A stretch of DNA of 64,000 nt, from assembly GCF_009914755.1 (NCBI RefSeq), contig NC_060929.1. One strand, 5' to 3'. This DNA is from the human T2T-CHM13v2.0 reference genome, Homo sapiens. Below, piece by piece: positions 1 to 10,700 of this stretch (positions are counted from its first letter, which is position 1; the number at the start of each line of letters is the position of its first letter). The notes beneath the pieces are model-generated. The model made no database searches and was not told the DNA's origin. It was given only the letters and a program-made list of their open reading frames with translations. Both the position numbers and the translations under genes were made by a program.

Positions 1-544
1 AATTTGCAAGTGGAGATTTCAAGCGCTTTGAGGCCAAAGGCAGAAAAGGAAATATCTTCGTATAAAAAGTAGACAGAATCACTCTCAGAAACTGCTCTGC
101 GATGTGTGCGTTCAACTCTCAGAGTTTAACTTTTCTTTTCATTCAGCAGTTTGGAAACACTCTGTTTGTAAGGTCTGCACGTGGATATTTTGACCACTCA
201 GAGGCCTTCGTTGGAAACGGTTTTTTTTCCTGTAAGGCTAGACAGAAGAATTCCCAGTAACTTCCTTGTGTTGTGTACATTCAACTCACAGAGTTGAACG
301 TTCCCTTAGACAGAGCAGATTTGAAACACTCTTTTTGTGCAATTGGCCAGTGGAGATTTCAAGCGCTTTAAGGTCAATGGCAGAAAAGGAAATATCTTCG
401 TTTCAAAACTAGACAGAATCATTCCCACAAACTGCATTGTGATGTGTTCGTTCAAATCACAGAGTTTAACCTTTCTTTTCGTAGAGCAGTTAGGAAACAG
501 TCTGTTTGTAAATTCTGTAAGTGGATATTCTGACATCTTGTGGC

Positions 545-561
545 CTTCGTTGGAAACGGGA
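545..561 (+). promoter_or_regulatory. CENP-B box (first intact example; this position recurs every ~340 bp, ~188 times, mostly intact)
   Basis: CTTCGTTGGAAACGGGA matches the canonical 17-bp box with core nTTCGnnnnAnnCGGGn. Other dimer types carry CTTCGTTGGAAACGGGT. Confidence 0.97.
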
Positions 562-715
562 TTTCTTCATATTCTGCTAGACAGAAGAATTCTCAGAATC
601 TTCCTTGTGTTGTGTGTATTCAACTCACAGAGTTGAACGATGGTTTACACAGAGCAGATTTGAAACACTCTTTTTGTGGAATTTGCAAGTGGAGATTTCA
701 GCCGCTTTGAGGTCC

Positions 716-732
716 ATGGTAGAAAAGGAAAT
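716..732 (+). promoter_or_regulatory. A-type monomer box (pJalpha-like site) alternating with the CENP-B box; example copy
   Basis: GGTAGAAAAGGAA or GGCAGAAAAGGAA sits at the position homologous to the CENP-B box, one monomer away, in every dimer. Confidence 0.7.
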
Positions 733-1297
733 ATCTTCGTATAAAAACTAGACAGAATGATTCTCAGAAACTTCTTTGTGATGTGTGCGTTCAACTCACA
801 GAGTTTAACCTTTCTTTTCATAGAGCAGTTAGGAAACACTCTGTTTGTAAACTCTGCAAGTGGATATTCAGACCTCTTTGAAGCCTTCGTTGGAAACGGG
901 ATTTCTTCATACTATGCTAGACAGAAGAATTCTCAGTAACTTCTTTGTGTTGTGTGTATTCAACTCACAGAGTTGAACGATCCTTTACACAGAGCAGACT
1001 TGAAACACTCGTTTTGTGGAATTTGCAAGTGGAGATTTCAGCCGCGTTGAGGTCAATGGTAGAAAAGGAAATATCTTCGTATAAAAACTAGACAGAGTGA
1101 TTCTCAGAAACTCCTTTGTGATGTGTGCATTCAACTCACAGAGTTTAACCTTTCTTTTCATAGAGCAGTTAGGAAACACTCTGTTTGTAAAGTCTGCAAG
1201 TGGATATTCAGACCTCTTTGAGGCCTTCGTTGGAAACGGGATTTTTTCATATAAGGCTAGACAGAAGAATTCCCAATAACTTCCTTGTGTTGTGTGT

Positions 1298-1318
1298 GTT
1301 CAACTCACAGAGTTGAAC
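1298..1318. other. Recurrent short dyad symmetry GTTCAACTC-ACA-GAGTTGAAC (9-bp stem, 3-nt loop; 8-bp stem in the other dimer types)
   Basis: GTTCAACTC is the exact reverse complement of GAGTTGAAC. The element occurs once per dimer, ~40-45 bp downstream of the EcoRI site. Confidence 0.9.
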
Positions 1319-2299
1319 TTTCATTTACACAGAGCAGATTTGAAACACTCTTTTTGTGGAATTTGCAAATGGAGATTTCAAACGCTTTGAGGCCAAAGCA
1401 GAAAAGGAAATATCTTCGTATAAAAACTAGACAGAATCATTCTCAGAAACTGCTCTGCGATGTGTGCGTTCAACTCTCAGAGTTTAACTTTTCTTTTCAT
1501 TCAGCAGTTTGGAAACACTCTGTTTGTAAAGTCTGCACGTGGAGAATTTGACCACTTAGAGGCCTTCGTTGGAAACGGGTTTTTTTCATGTAAGGCTAGA
1601 CAGAAGAATTCTCAGTAACTTCCTTGTGTTGTGTGTATTCAACTCACAGAGTTGAACGATCCTTTACACAGAGCAGACTTGTAACACTCTTTTTGTGGAA
1701 TTTGCAAGTGGAGATTTCAGCCGCTTTGAAGTCAAAGTTAGAAAAGGAAATATCTTCCTTTAAAAATTAGACAGAATGATTCTCAGAAACTCCTTTGTGA
1801 TGGGTGCGTTCAACTCACAGAGTTTAACCTTTCTTTTCATAGAGCAGTTAGGAAACACTCTGTTTGTAAAGTCTGCAAGTGGATATTCAGACCTCTTTGA
1901 GACCTTCGTTGGAAACGGGTTTTTTTCATATAAGGCTAGACAGAAGAATTCCCAGTAACTTGCTTGTGTTGTGTGTGTTCAACTCACAGAGTTGAACTTT
2001 GATTTACACAGAGCAGATTTGAAACACTCTTTTTGTGGAATTTGCAAGTGGAGATTTCAAGCGCTTTGAGGCCAAAGGCAGAAAAGGAAATATCTTCGTA
2101 TAAAAACTAGACAGAATCATTCTCAGAAACTGCTCTGCGATGTGTGCGTTCAACTCTCAGAGTTTAACTTTTCTTTTCATTCAGCAGTTTGTAAACTCTC
2201 TGTTTGTAAAGTCTGCACGTGGATATTTTGACCACTTAGAGGCCTTCGTTGGAAACGGGTTTTTTTCCTGTAAGGCTAGACAGAAGAATTCCCAGTAAC

Positions 2300-5200
2300 T
2301 TCCTTGTGTTGTGTACATTCAACTCACAGAGTTGAACGTTAACTTAGACAGAGCAGATTTGAAACACTCTTTTTGTGCAATTGGCAAGTGGAGATTTCAA
2401 GAGTTTTAAGGTCAATGGCAGAAAAGGAAATATCTTCGTTTCAAAACTAGACAGAATCATTCCCACAAACTGCGTTGTGATGTGTTCGTTCAAATCACAG
2501 AGTTTAACCTTTCTTTTCATAGAGCAGTTAGGAAACACTCTGTTTGTAAATTCTGTAAGTGGATATTCTGACATCTTGTGGCCTTCTTTGGAAACGGGAT
2601 TTCTTCATATTCTGCTAGACAGAAGAATTCTCAGAATCTTCCTTGTGTTGTGTGTATTCAACTCACAGAGTTGAACGATGCTTTACACAGAGCAGACTTA
2701 AAACACTCTTTTTGTGGAATTTGCAAGTGGAGATTTCAGCCGCGTTGAGGTCCATGGTAGAAAAGGAAATATCTTCGTATAAAAACTAGACAGAATGATT
2801 CTCAGAAACTTCTTTGTGATGTGTGCGTTCAACTCACAGAGTTTAACCTTTCTTTTCATAGAGCAGTTAGGAAACACTCTGCTTGTAAACTCTGCAAGTG
2901 GATATTCAGACCTCTTTGAGGCCTTCGTTGGAAACGGGATTTCTTCATACTATGCTAGACAGAAGAATTCTCAGTAACTTCTTTGTGTTGTGTGTATTCA
3001 ACTCACAGAGTTGAACGATACTTTACACAGAGCAGACTTGATACACTCGTTTTGTGGAATTTGCAAGTGGAGATTTCAGCCGCTTTGAGGTCCGTGGTAG
3101 AAAAGGAAATATCTTCGTATAAAAACTTGACAGAATGATTCTCAGAAACTTCTTTGTGATGTGTGCGTTCAACTCACAGAGTTTAACCTTTCTTTTCATA
3201 GAGCAGTTAGGAAACACTCTGTTTGTAAAGTCTGCAAGTGGATATTCAGACCTCTTTGAGGCCTTCGTTGGAAACGGGATTTCTTCATACTATGCTAGAC
3301 ACAAGAATTCTCAGTAACTTCTTTGTGTTGTGTGTATTCAACTCACAGAGTTGAACGATGCTTCACACAGAGCAGACTTGAAACACTCGTTTTGTGGAAT
3401 TTGCAAGAGGAGATTTCAGCCGCTTTGAGGTCAATGGTAGAAAAGGAAATATCTTCGTATAAAAACTAGACAGAATGATTCTCAGAAACTCCTTTCTGAT
3501 GTGTGTGTTCAACTCACAGAGTTTAACCTTTCTTTTCATAGAGCAGTTAGGAAACACTCTGTTTGTAAAGTCTGCAAGTGGATATTCAGACCTCTTTGAG
3601 GCCTTCGTTGGAAACGGGTTTTTTTCATATAAGGCTAGACAGAAGAATTCCCAGTAACTTCCTTGTGTTGTGTGTGTTCAACTCACAGAGTTGAACGTTC
3701 CCTTAGACAGAGGAGATTTGAAACACTCTTTTTGTGGAATTTGCAAGTGGAGATTTCAAGCGCTTTGAGGCCAAAGGCAGAAAAGGAAATATCTTCGTAT
3801 AAAAACTAGACAGAATCATTCTCAGAAACTGCTCTGTGATGTGTGCGTTCAACTCTCAGAGTTTAACTTTTCTTTTCATTCAGCAGTTTGGAAACACTCT
3901 GTTTGTAAAGTCTGCACGTGGATAATTTGACCACTTAGAGGCCTTCGTTGGAAACGGGTTTTTTTCATGTAAGGCTATACAGAAGAATTCTCAGTAACTT
4001 CCTTTTGTTGTGTGTATTCAACTCACAGAGTTGAACGATCCTTTACACAGAGCAGACTTGTAACACTCTTTTTGTGGAATTTGCAAGTGGAGATTTCAGC
4101 CGCTTTGAAGTCAAAGGTAGAAAAGGAAATATCTTCCTATAAAAACTAGACAGAATGATTCTCAGAAACTCCTTTGTGATGTGTGCGTTCAACTCACAGA
4201 GTTTAACCTTTCTTTTCATAGAGCAGTTAGGAAACACTCTGTTTGTAAAGTCTGCAAGTGGATATTCAGACCTCTTTGAGGCCTTCGTTGGAAACGGGTT
4301 TTTTTCATATAAGGCTAGACAGAAGAATTCCCAGTAACTTCCTTGTGTTGTGTGTGTTCAACTCACAGAGTTGAACTTTCATTTACACAGAGCAGATTTG
4401 AAACACTCTTTTTGTGGAATTTGCAAGTGGAGATTTCAAGCGCTTTGAGGCCAAAGGCAGAAAAGGAAATATCTTCGTATAAAAACTAGACAGAATCACT
4501 CTCAGAAACTGCTCTGCGATGTGTGCGTTCAACTCTCAGAGTTTAACTTTTCTTTTCATTCAGCAGTTTGGAAACACTCTGTTTGTAAAGTCTGCACGTG
4601 GATATTTTGACCTCTCAGAGGTCTTCGTTGGAAACGGGTTTTTTTCCTGTAAGGCTAGACAGAAGAATTCCCAGTAACTTCCTTGTGTTGTGTACATTCA
4701 ACTCACAGAGTTGAACGTTCCCTTAGACAGAGCAGATTTGAAACACTCTTTTTGTGCAATTGGCAAGTGGAGATTTCAAGAGTTTTAAGGTCAATGGCAG
4801 AAAAGGAAATATCTTCGTTTCAAAACTAGACAGAATCATTCCCACAGACTGCGTTGTGATGTGTTCGTTCAAATCACAGAGTTTAACCTTTCTTTTCATA
4901 GAGCAGTTAGGAAACAGTCTGTTTGTAAATTCTGTAAGTGGATATTCTGACAACTTGTGGCCTTCGTTGGAAACGGGATTTCTTCATATTCTGCTAGACA
5001 GAAGAATTCTCAGAATCTTCCTTGTGTTGTGTGTATTCAACTCACAGAGTTGAACGATGGTTTACACAGAGCAGAGTTGAAACACTCTTTTTGTGGAATT
5101 TGAAAGTGGAGATTTCAGCCGCTTTGAGGTCAAAGGTAGAAAAGGAAATATCTTCGTATAAAAACTAGACAGAATGATTCTCAGAAACTTCTTGGTGATG

Positions 5201-7750
5201 TGTGCGTTCAACTCACAGAGTTTAACCTTTCTTTTCATAGAGCAGTTAGGAAACACTCTGTTTGTAAACTCTGCAAGTGGATATTCAGACCTCCTTGAGG
5301 CCTTCGTTGGAAACGGGATTTCTTCATACTGTGCTAGACAGAAGAATTCTCAGTAACTTCCTTGTGTTGTGTGTATTCAACTCACAGAGTTGAATGATCC
5401 TTTACACAGAGCAGACTTGAAACACTCTTTTTGTGGAATTTGCAAGTGGAGATTTCAGCCGCGTTGAGGTCAATGGTAGAAGAGGAAATATCTTCGTATA
5501 AAAACTAGACAGAATGATTCTCAGAAACTCCTTTGTGATGTGTGTGTTCAACTCAAAGAGTTTAACCTTTCTTTTCATAGAGCAGTTAGGAAACACTCTG
5601 TTTGTAAAGTCTGCAAGTGGATATTCAGACCTCTTTGAGGCCTTCGTTGGAAACGGGTTTTTTTATAGAAGGCTAGACAGAAGAATTCCCAGTAACTTCC
5701 TTGTGTTGTGTGTGTTCAACTCACAGAGTTGAACTTTGATTTACACAGAGCAGATTTGAAACACTCTTTTTGTGGAATTTGCAAGTGGAGATTTCAAGCG
5801 CTTTGAGGCCAAAGGCAGAAAAGGAAATATCTTCGTATAAAAACTAGACAGAATCATTCTCAGAAACTGCTCTGCGATGTGTGCGTTCAACTCTCAGAGT
5901 TTAACTTTTCTTTTCATTCAGCAGTTTGGAAACACTCTGTTTGTAAAGTCTGCACGTGGATATTTTGACCAGTTAGAGGCCTTCGTTGGAAACGGGTTTT
6001 TTTCCTGTAAGGCTAGACAGAAGAATTCCCAGTAACTTCCTTGTGTTGTGTACATTCAACTCACAGAGTTGAACGTTAACTTAGACAGAGCAGATTTGAA
6101 ACACTCTTTTTGTGAAATTGGCAAGTGGAGATTTCAAGAGTTTTAAGGTCAATGGCAGAAAAGGAAATATCTTCGTTTCAAAACTAGACAGAATCATTCC
6201 CACAAACTGCGTTGTGATGTGTTCGTTCAAATCACAGAGTTTAACCTTTCTTTTCATAGAGCAGTTAGGAAACACTCTGTTTGTAAATTCTGTAAGTGGA
6301 TATTCTGACATCTTGTGGCCTTCTTTGGAAACGGGATTTCTTCATATTCTGCTAGACAGAAGAATTCTCAGAATCTTCCTTGTGTTGTGTGTATTCAACT
6401 CACAGAGTTGAACGATGCTTTACACAGAGCAGACTTGAAACACTCTTTTTGTGGAATTTGCAAGTGGAGATTTCAGCCGCTTTGAGGTCCATGGTAGAAA
6501 AGGAAATATCTTCGTATAAAAACTAGACAGAATGATTCTCAGAAACTTCTTTGTGATGTGTGCGTTCAACTCACAGAGTTTAACCTTTCTTTTCATAGAG
6601 CAGTTAGGAAACACTCTGTTTGTAAACTCTGCAAGTGGATATTCAGACCTCTTTGAGGCCTTCGTTGGAAACGGGATTTCTTCATACTATGCTAGACAGA
6701 AGAATTCTCAGTAACTTCTTTGTGTTGTGTGTATTCAACTCACAGAGTTGAACGATACTTTACACAGAGCAGACTTGATACACTCGTTTTGTGGAATTTG
6801 CAAGTGGAGATTTCAGCCGCTTTGAGGTCCGTGGTAGAAAAGGAAATATCTTCGTATAAAAACTTGACAGAATGATTCTCAGAAACTTCTTTGTGATGTG
6901 TGCGTTCAACTCACAGAGTTTAACCTTTCTTTTCATAGAGCAGTTAGGAAACACTCTGTTTGTAAAGTCTGCAAGTGGATATTCAGACCTCTTTGAGGCC
7001 TTCGTTGGAAACGGGATTTCTTCATACTATGCTAGACACAAGAATTCTCAGTAACTTCTTTGTGTTGTGTGTATTCAACTCACAGAGTTGAACGATGCTT
7101 CACACAGAGCAGACTTGAAACACTCGTTTTGTGGAATTTGCAAGAGGAGATTTCAGCCGCTTTGAGGTCAATGGTAGAAAAGGAAATATCTTCGTATAAA
7201 AACTAGACAGAATGATTCTCAGAAACTCCTTTCTGATGTGTGTGTTCAACTCACAGAGTTTAACCTTTCTTTTCATAGAGCAGTTAGGAAACACTCTGTT
7301 TGTAAAGTCTGCAAGTGGATATTCAGACCTCTTTGAGGCCTTCGTTGGAAACGGGTTTTTTTCATATAAGGCTAGACAGAAGAATTCCCAGTAACTTCCT
7401 TGTGTTGTGTGTGTTCAACTCACAGAGTTGAACGTTCCCTCAGACAGAGCAGATTTGAAACACTCTTTTTGTGGAATTTGCAAGTGGAGATTTCAAGCGC
7501 TTTGAGGCCAAAGGCAGAAAAGGAAATATCTTCGTATAAAAACTAGACAGAATCATTCTCAGAAACTGCTCTGTGATGTGTGCGTTCAACTCTCAGAGTT
7601 TAACTTTTCTTTTCATTCAGCAGTTTGGAAACACTCTGTTTGTAAAGTCTGCACGTGGATAATTTGACCACTTAGAGGCCTTCGTTGGAAACGGGTTTTT
7701 TTCATGTAAGGCTATACAGAAGAATTCTCAGTAACTTCCTTTTGTTGTGT
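2300..7750 (+). repeat. Local duplication at 3737-bp offset (~2300-4010 repeated at ~6040-7750)
   Basis: Private variants are shared at exactly +3737: AACGTTAACTT, the CTTCTTTGG box mutation (2583/6320), AACGATACTT, GATACACTCG, GACACAAGAA, CTTCACACAG, GCAAGAGGAG, CCTTTCTGAT and CCTTTTGTTG. Confidence 0.85.
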
Positions 7751-10700
7751 ACATTCAACTCACAGAGTTGAACGTTCCCTTACACAGAGCAGATTTGAAA
7801 CACTCTTTTTGTGCAATTGGCAAGTGGAGATTTCAAGCGCTTTGAGGCCAAAGGCAGAAAAGGAAATATCTTCGTATAAAAACTAGACAGAATCATTCTC
7901 AGAAACTGCTCTGCGATGTGTGTGTTCAACTCTCAGAGTTTAACTTTTCTTTTCATTCAGCAGTTAGGAAACACTCTGTTTGTAAACTCTGCAAGTGGAT
8001 ATTCAGACCTCCTTGAGGCCTTCGTTGGAAACGGGATTTCTTCATACTGTGCTAGACAGAAGTATTCTCAGTAACTTCCTTGTGTTGTGTGTATTCAACT
8101 CACAGAGTTGAATCATCCTTTACACAGAGCAGACTTGAAACACTCTTTTTGTGGAATTTGCAAGTGGAGATTTCAGGCGCGTTGAGGTCAATGGTAGAAA
8201 AGGAAATATCTTCGTATAAAAACTAGACAGAATGATTCTCAGAAACTCCTTTGTGATGTGTGTGTTCAACTCACAGAGTTTAACCTTTCTTTTCATAGAG
8301 CAGTTAGGAAACACTCTGTTTGTAAAATCTGCAAGTGGATATTCAGACCTCTTTGAGGCCTTCGTTGGAAACGGGTTTTTTCATAGAAGGCTAGACAGAA
8401 GAATTCCCAGTAACTTCCTTGTGTTGTGTGTGTTCAACTCACAGAGTTGAACTTTGATTTACACAGAGCAGGTTTGAAACACTCTTTTTGTGGAATTTGC
8501 AAGTGGAGATTTCAAGCGCTTTGAGGCCAAATGCAGAAAAGGAAATATCTTCGTATAAAAACTAGACAGAATCATTCTCAGAAACTGCTCTGCGATGTGT
8601 GCGTTCAACTCTCAGAGTTTAACTTTTCTTTTCATTCAGCAGTTTGGAAACACTGTGTTTGTAAAGTCTGCACGTGGATATTTTGACCACTTAGAGGCCT
8701 TCGTTGGAAACGGGTTTTTTTCCTGTAAGGCTAGACAGAAGAATTCCCAGTAACTTCCTTGTGTTGTGTACATTCAACTCACAGAGTTGAACGTTCCCTT
8801 AGACAGAGCAGATTTGAAACACTCTTTTTGTGCAATTGGCAAGTGGAGATTTCAAGCGCTTTAAGGTCAATGGCAGAAAAGGAAATATCTTCGTTTCAAA
8901 ACTAGACAGAATCATTCCCACAAACTGCGTTGTGATGTGTTCGTTCAACTCACAGAGTTTAACCTTTCTTTTCATAGAGCAGTTAGGAAACAGTCTGTTT
9001 GTAAATTCTGTAAGTGGATATTCTGACATCTTGTGGCCTTCGTTGGAAACGGGATTTCTTCATATTCTGCTAGACAGAAGAATTCTCAGAATCTTCCTTG
9101 TGTTGTGTGTATTCAACTCACAGAGTTGAACGATGGTTTACACAGAGGAGATTTGAAACACTCTTTTTGTGGAATTTGCAAGTGGAGATTTCAGCCGCTT
9201 TGAGGTCAATGGTAGAAAAGGAAATATCTTCGTATAAAAACTAGACAGAATGATTCTCAGAAACTTCTTGGTGATGTGTGCGTTCAACTCACAGAGTTTA
9301 ACCTTTCTTTTCATAGAGCAGTTAGGAAACACTCTGTTTGTAAACTCTGCAAGTGGATATTCAGACCTCTTTGAGGCCTTCGTTGGAAAAGGGATTTCTT
9401 CATATTGTGCTAGACAGAAGAATTCTCAGTAACTTCCTTGTGTTGTGTGTATTCAACTCACAGAGTTGAACGATCCTTTACACAGAGCGGACTTGAAACC
9501 CTCTTTTTGTGGAATTTGCAAGTGGAGATTTCAGCCGCTTTGAGGTCAATGGTAGAAAAGGAAATATCTTCGTATAAAAACTAGACAGAATGATTCTCAG
9601 AAACTCCTTTGTGATGTGTGTGTTCAACTCACAGAGTTTAACCTTTCTTTTCATAGAGCAGTTAGGAAACACTCTGTTTGTAAAGTCTGCAAGTGGATAT
9701 TCAGACCTCTTTGAGGCCTTCGTTGGAAATGGGTTTTTTTCATATAAGGCTAGACAGAAGAATTCCCAGTAACTTCCTTGTGTTGTGTGTGTTCAACTCA
9801 CAGAGTTGAACTTTCATTTACACAGAGCAGATTTGAAACACTCTTTTTGTGGAATTTGCAAATGGAGATTTCAAGCGCTTTGAGGCCAAAGGCAGAAAAG
9901 GAAATATCTTCATATAAAAACTAGACAGAATCATTCTCAGAAACTGCTCTGCGATGTGTGCGTTCAACTCTCAGAGTTTAACTTTTCTTTTCATTCAGCA
10001 GTTTGGAAAAACTCTGTTTGTAACGTCTGCACGTGCATAATTTGACCACTTAGAGGCCTTCGTTGGAAACGGGTTTTTTTCCTGTAAGGCTAGACAGAAG
10101 AATTCTCAGTAACTTCCTTGTGTTGTGTGTATTCAACTCACAGAGTTGAACGATCCTTTACACAGAGCAGACTTGTAACACTCTTTTTGTGGAATTTGCA
10201 AGTGGAGATTTCAGCCGCTTTGAAGTCAAAGGTAGAAAAGGAAATATCTTCCTATAAAAACTAGACAGAATGATTCTCAGAAACTCCTTTGTGATGTGTG
10301 CGTTCAACTCACAGAGTTTAACCTTTCTTTTCATAGAGCAGTTAGGAAACACTCTGTTTGTAAAGTCTGCAAGTGGATATTCAGACCTCTTTGAGGCCTT
10401 CGTTGGAAACGAGATTTTTTCATATAAGGCTAGACAGAAGAATTCCCAGTAACTTCTTTGTGTTGTGTGTGTTCAACTCACAGAGTTGAACTTTCATTTA
10501 CACAGAGCAGATTTGAAACACTCTTTTTGTGGAATTTGCAAGTGGAGATTTCAAGCGCTTTGAGGCCAAAGGCAGAAAAGGAAATATCTTTGTATAAAAA
10601 CTAGACAGAATCATTCTCAGAAACTGCTCTGCGATGTGTGTGTTCAACTCTCAGAGTTTAACTTTTCTTTTCATTCAGCAGTTTGGAAACACTCTGTTTG

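Larger units (their letters stand above)
306..2343 (+). repeat. Representative 12-monomer HOR unit (2038 bp; six dimers, here named A-B-C-D-E-F), the commonest variant
   Basis: Marker dimer A (GTGCAATTGG, CATTCCCACAAACTG, GACATCTTGTGG; 339 bp) recurs after 2038-2039 bp from 306, 16614, 21032, 23070, 31224, 34620, 36658 and their duplicates. Dimers C-D and E-F closely resemble each other. Confidence 0.85.

Noticed and set aside
221-228. T-runs after the CENP-B box and TGTGTG stretches as terminators or microsatellites
   Set aside because: They are fixed parts of the monomer consensus. The occasional 1-bp T-run changes only explain the 1358/1359 and 2038/2039 length differences.
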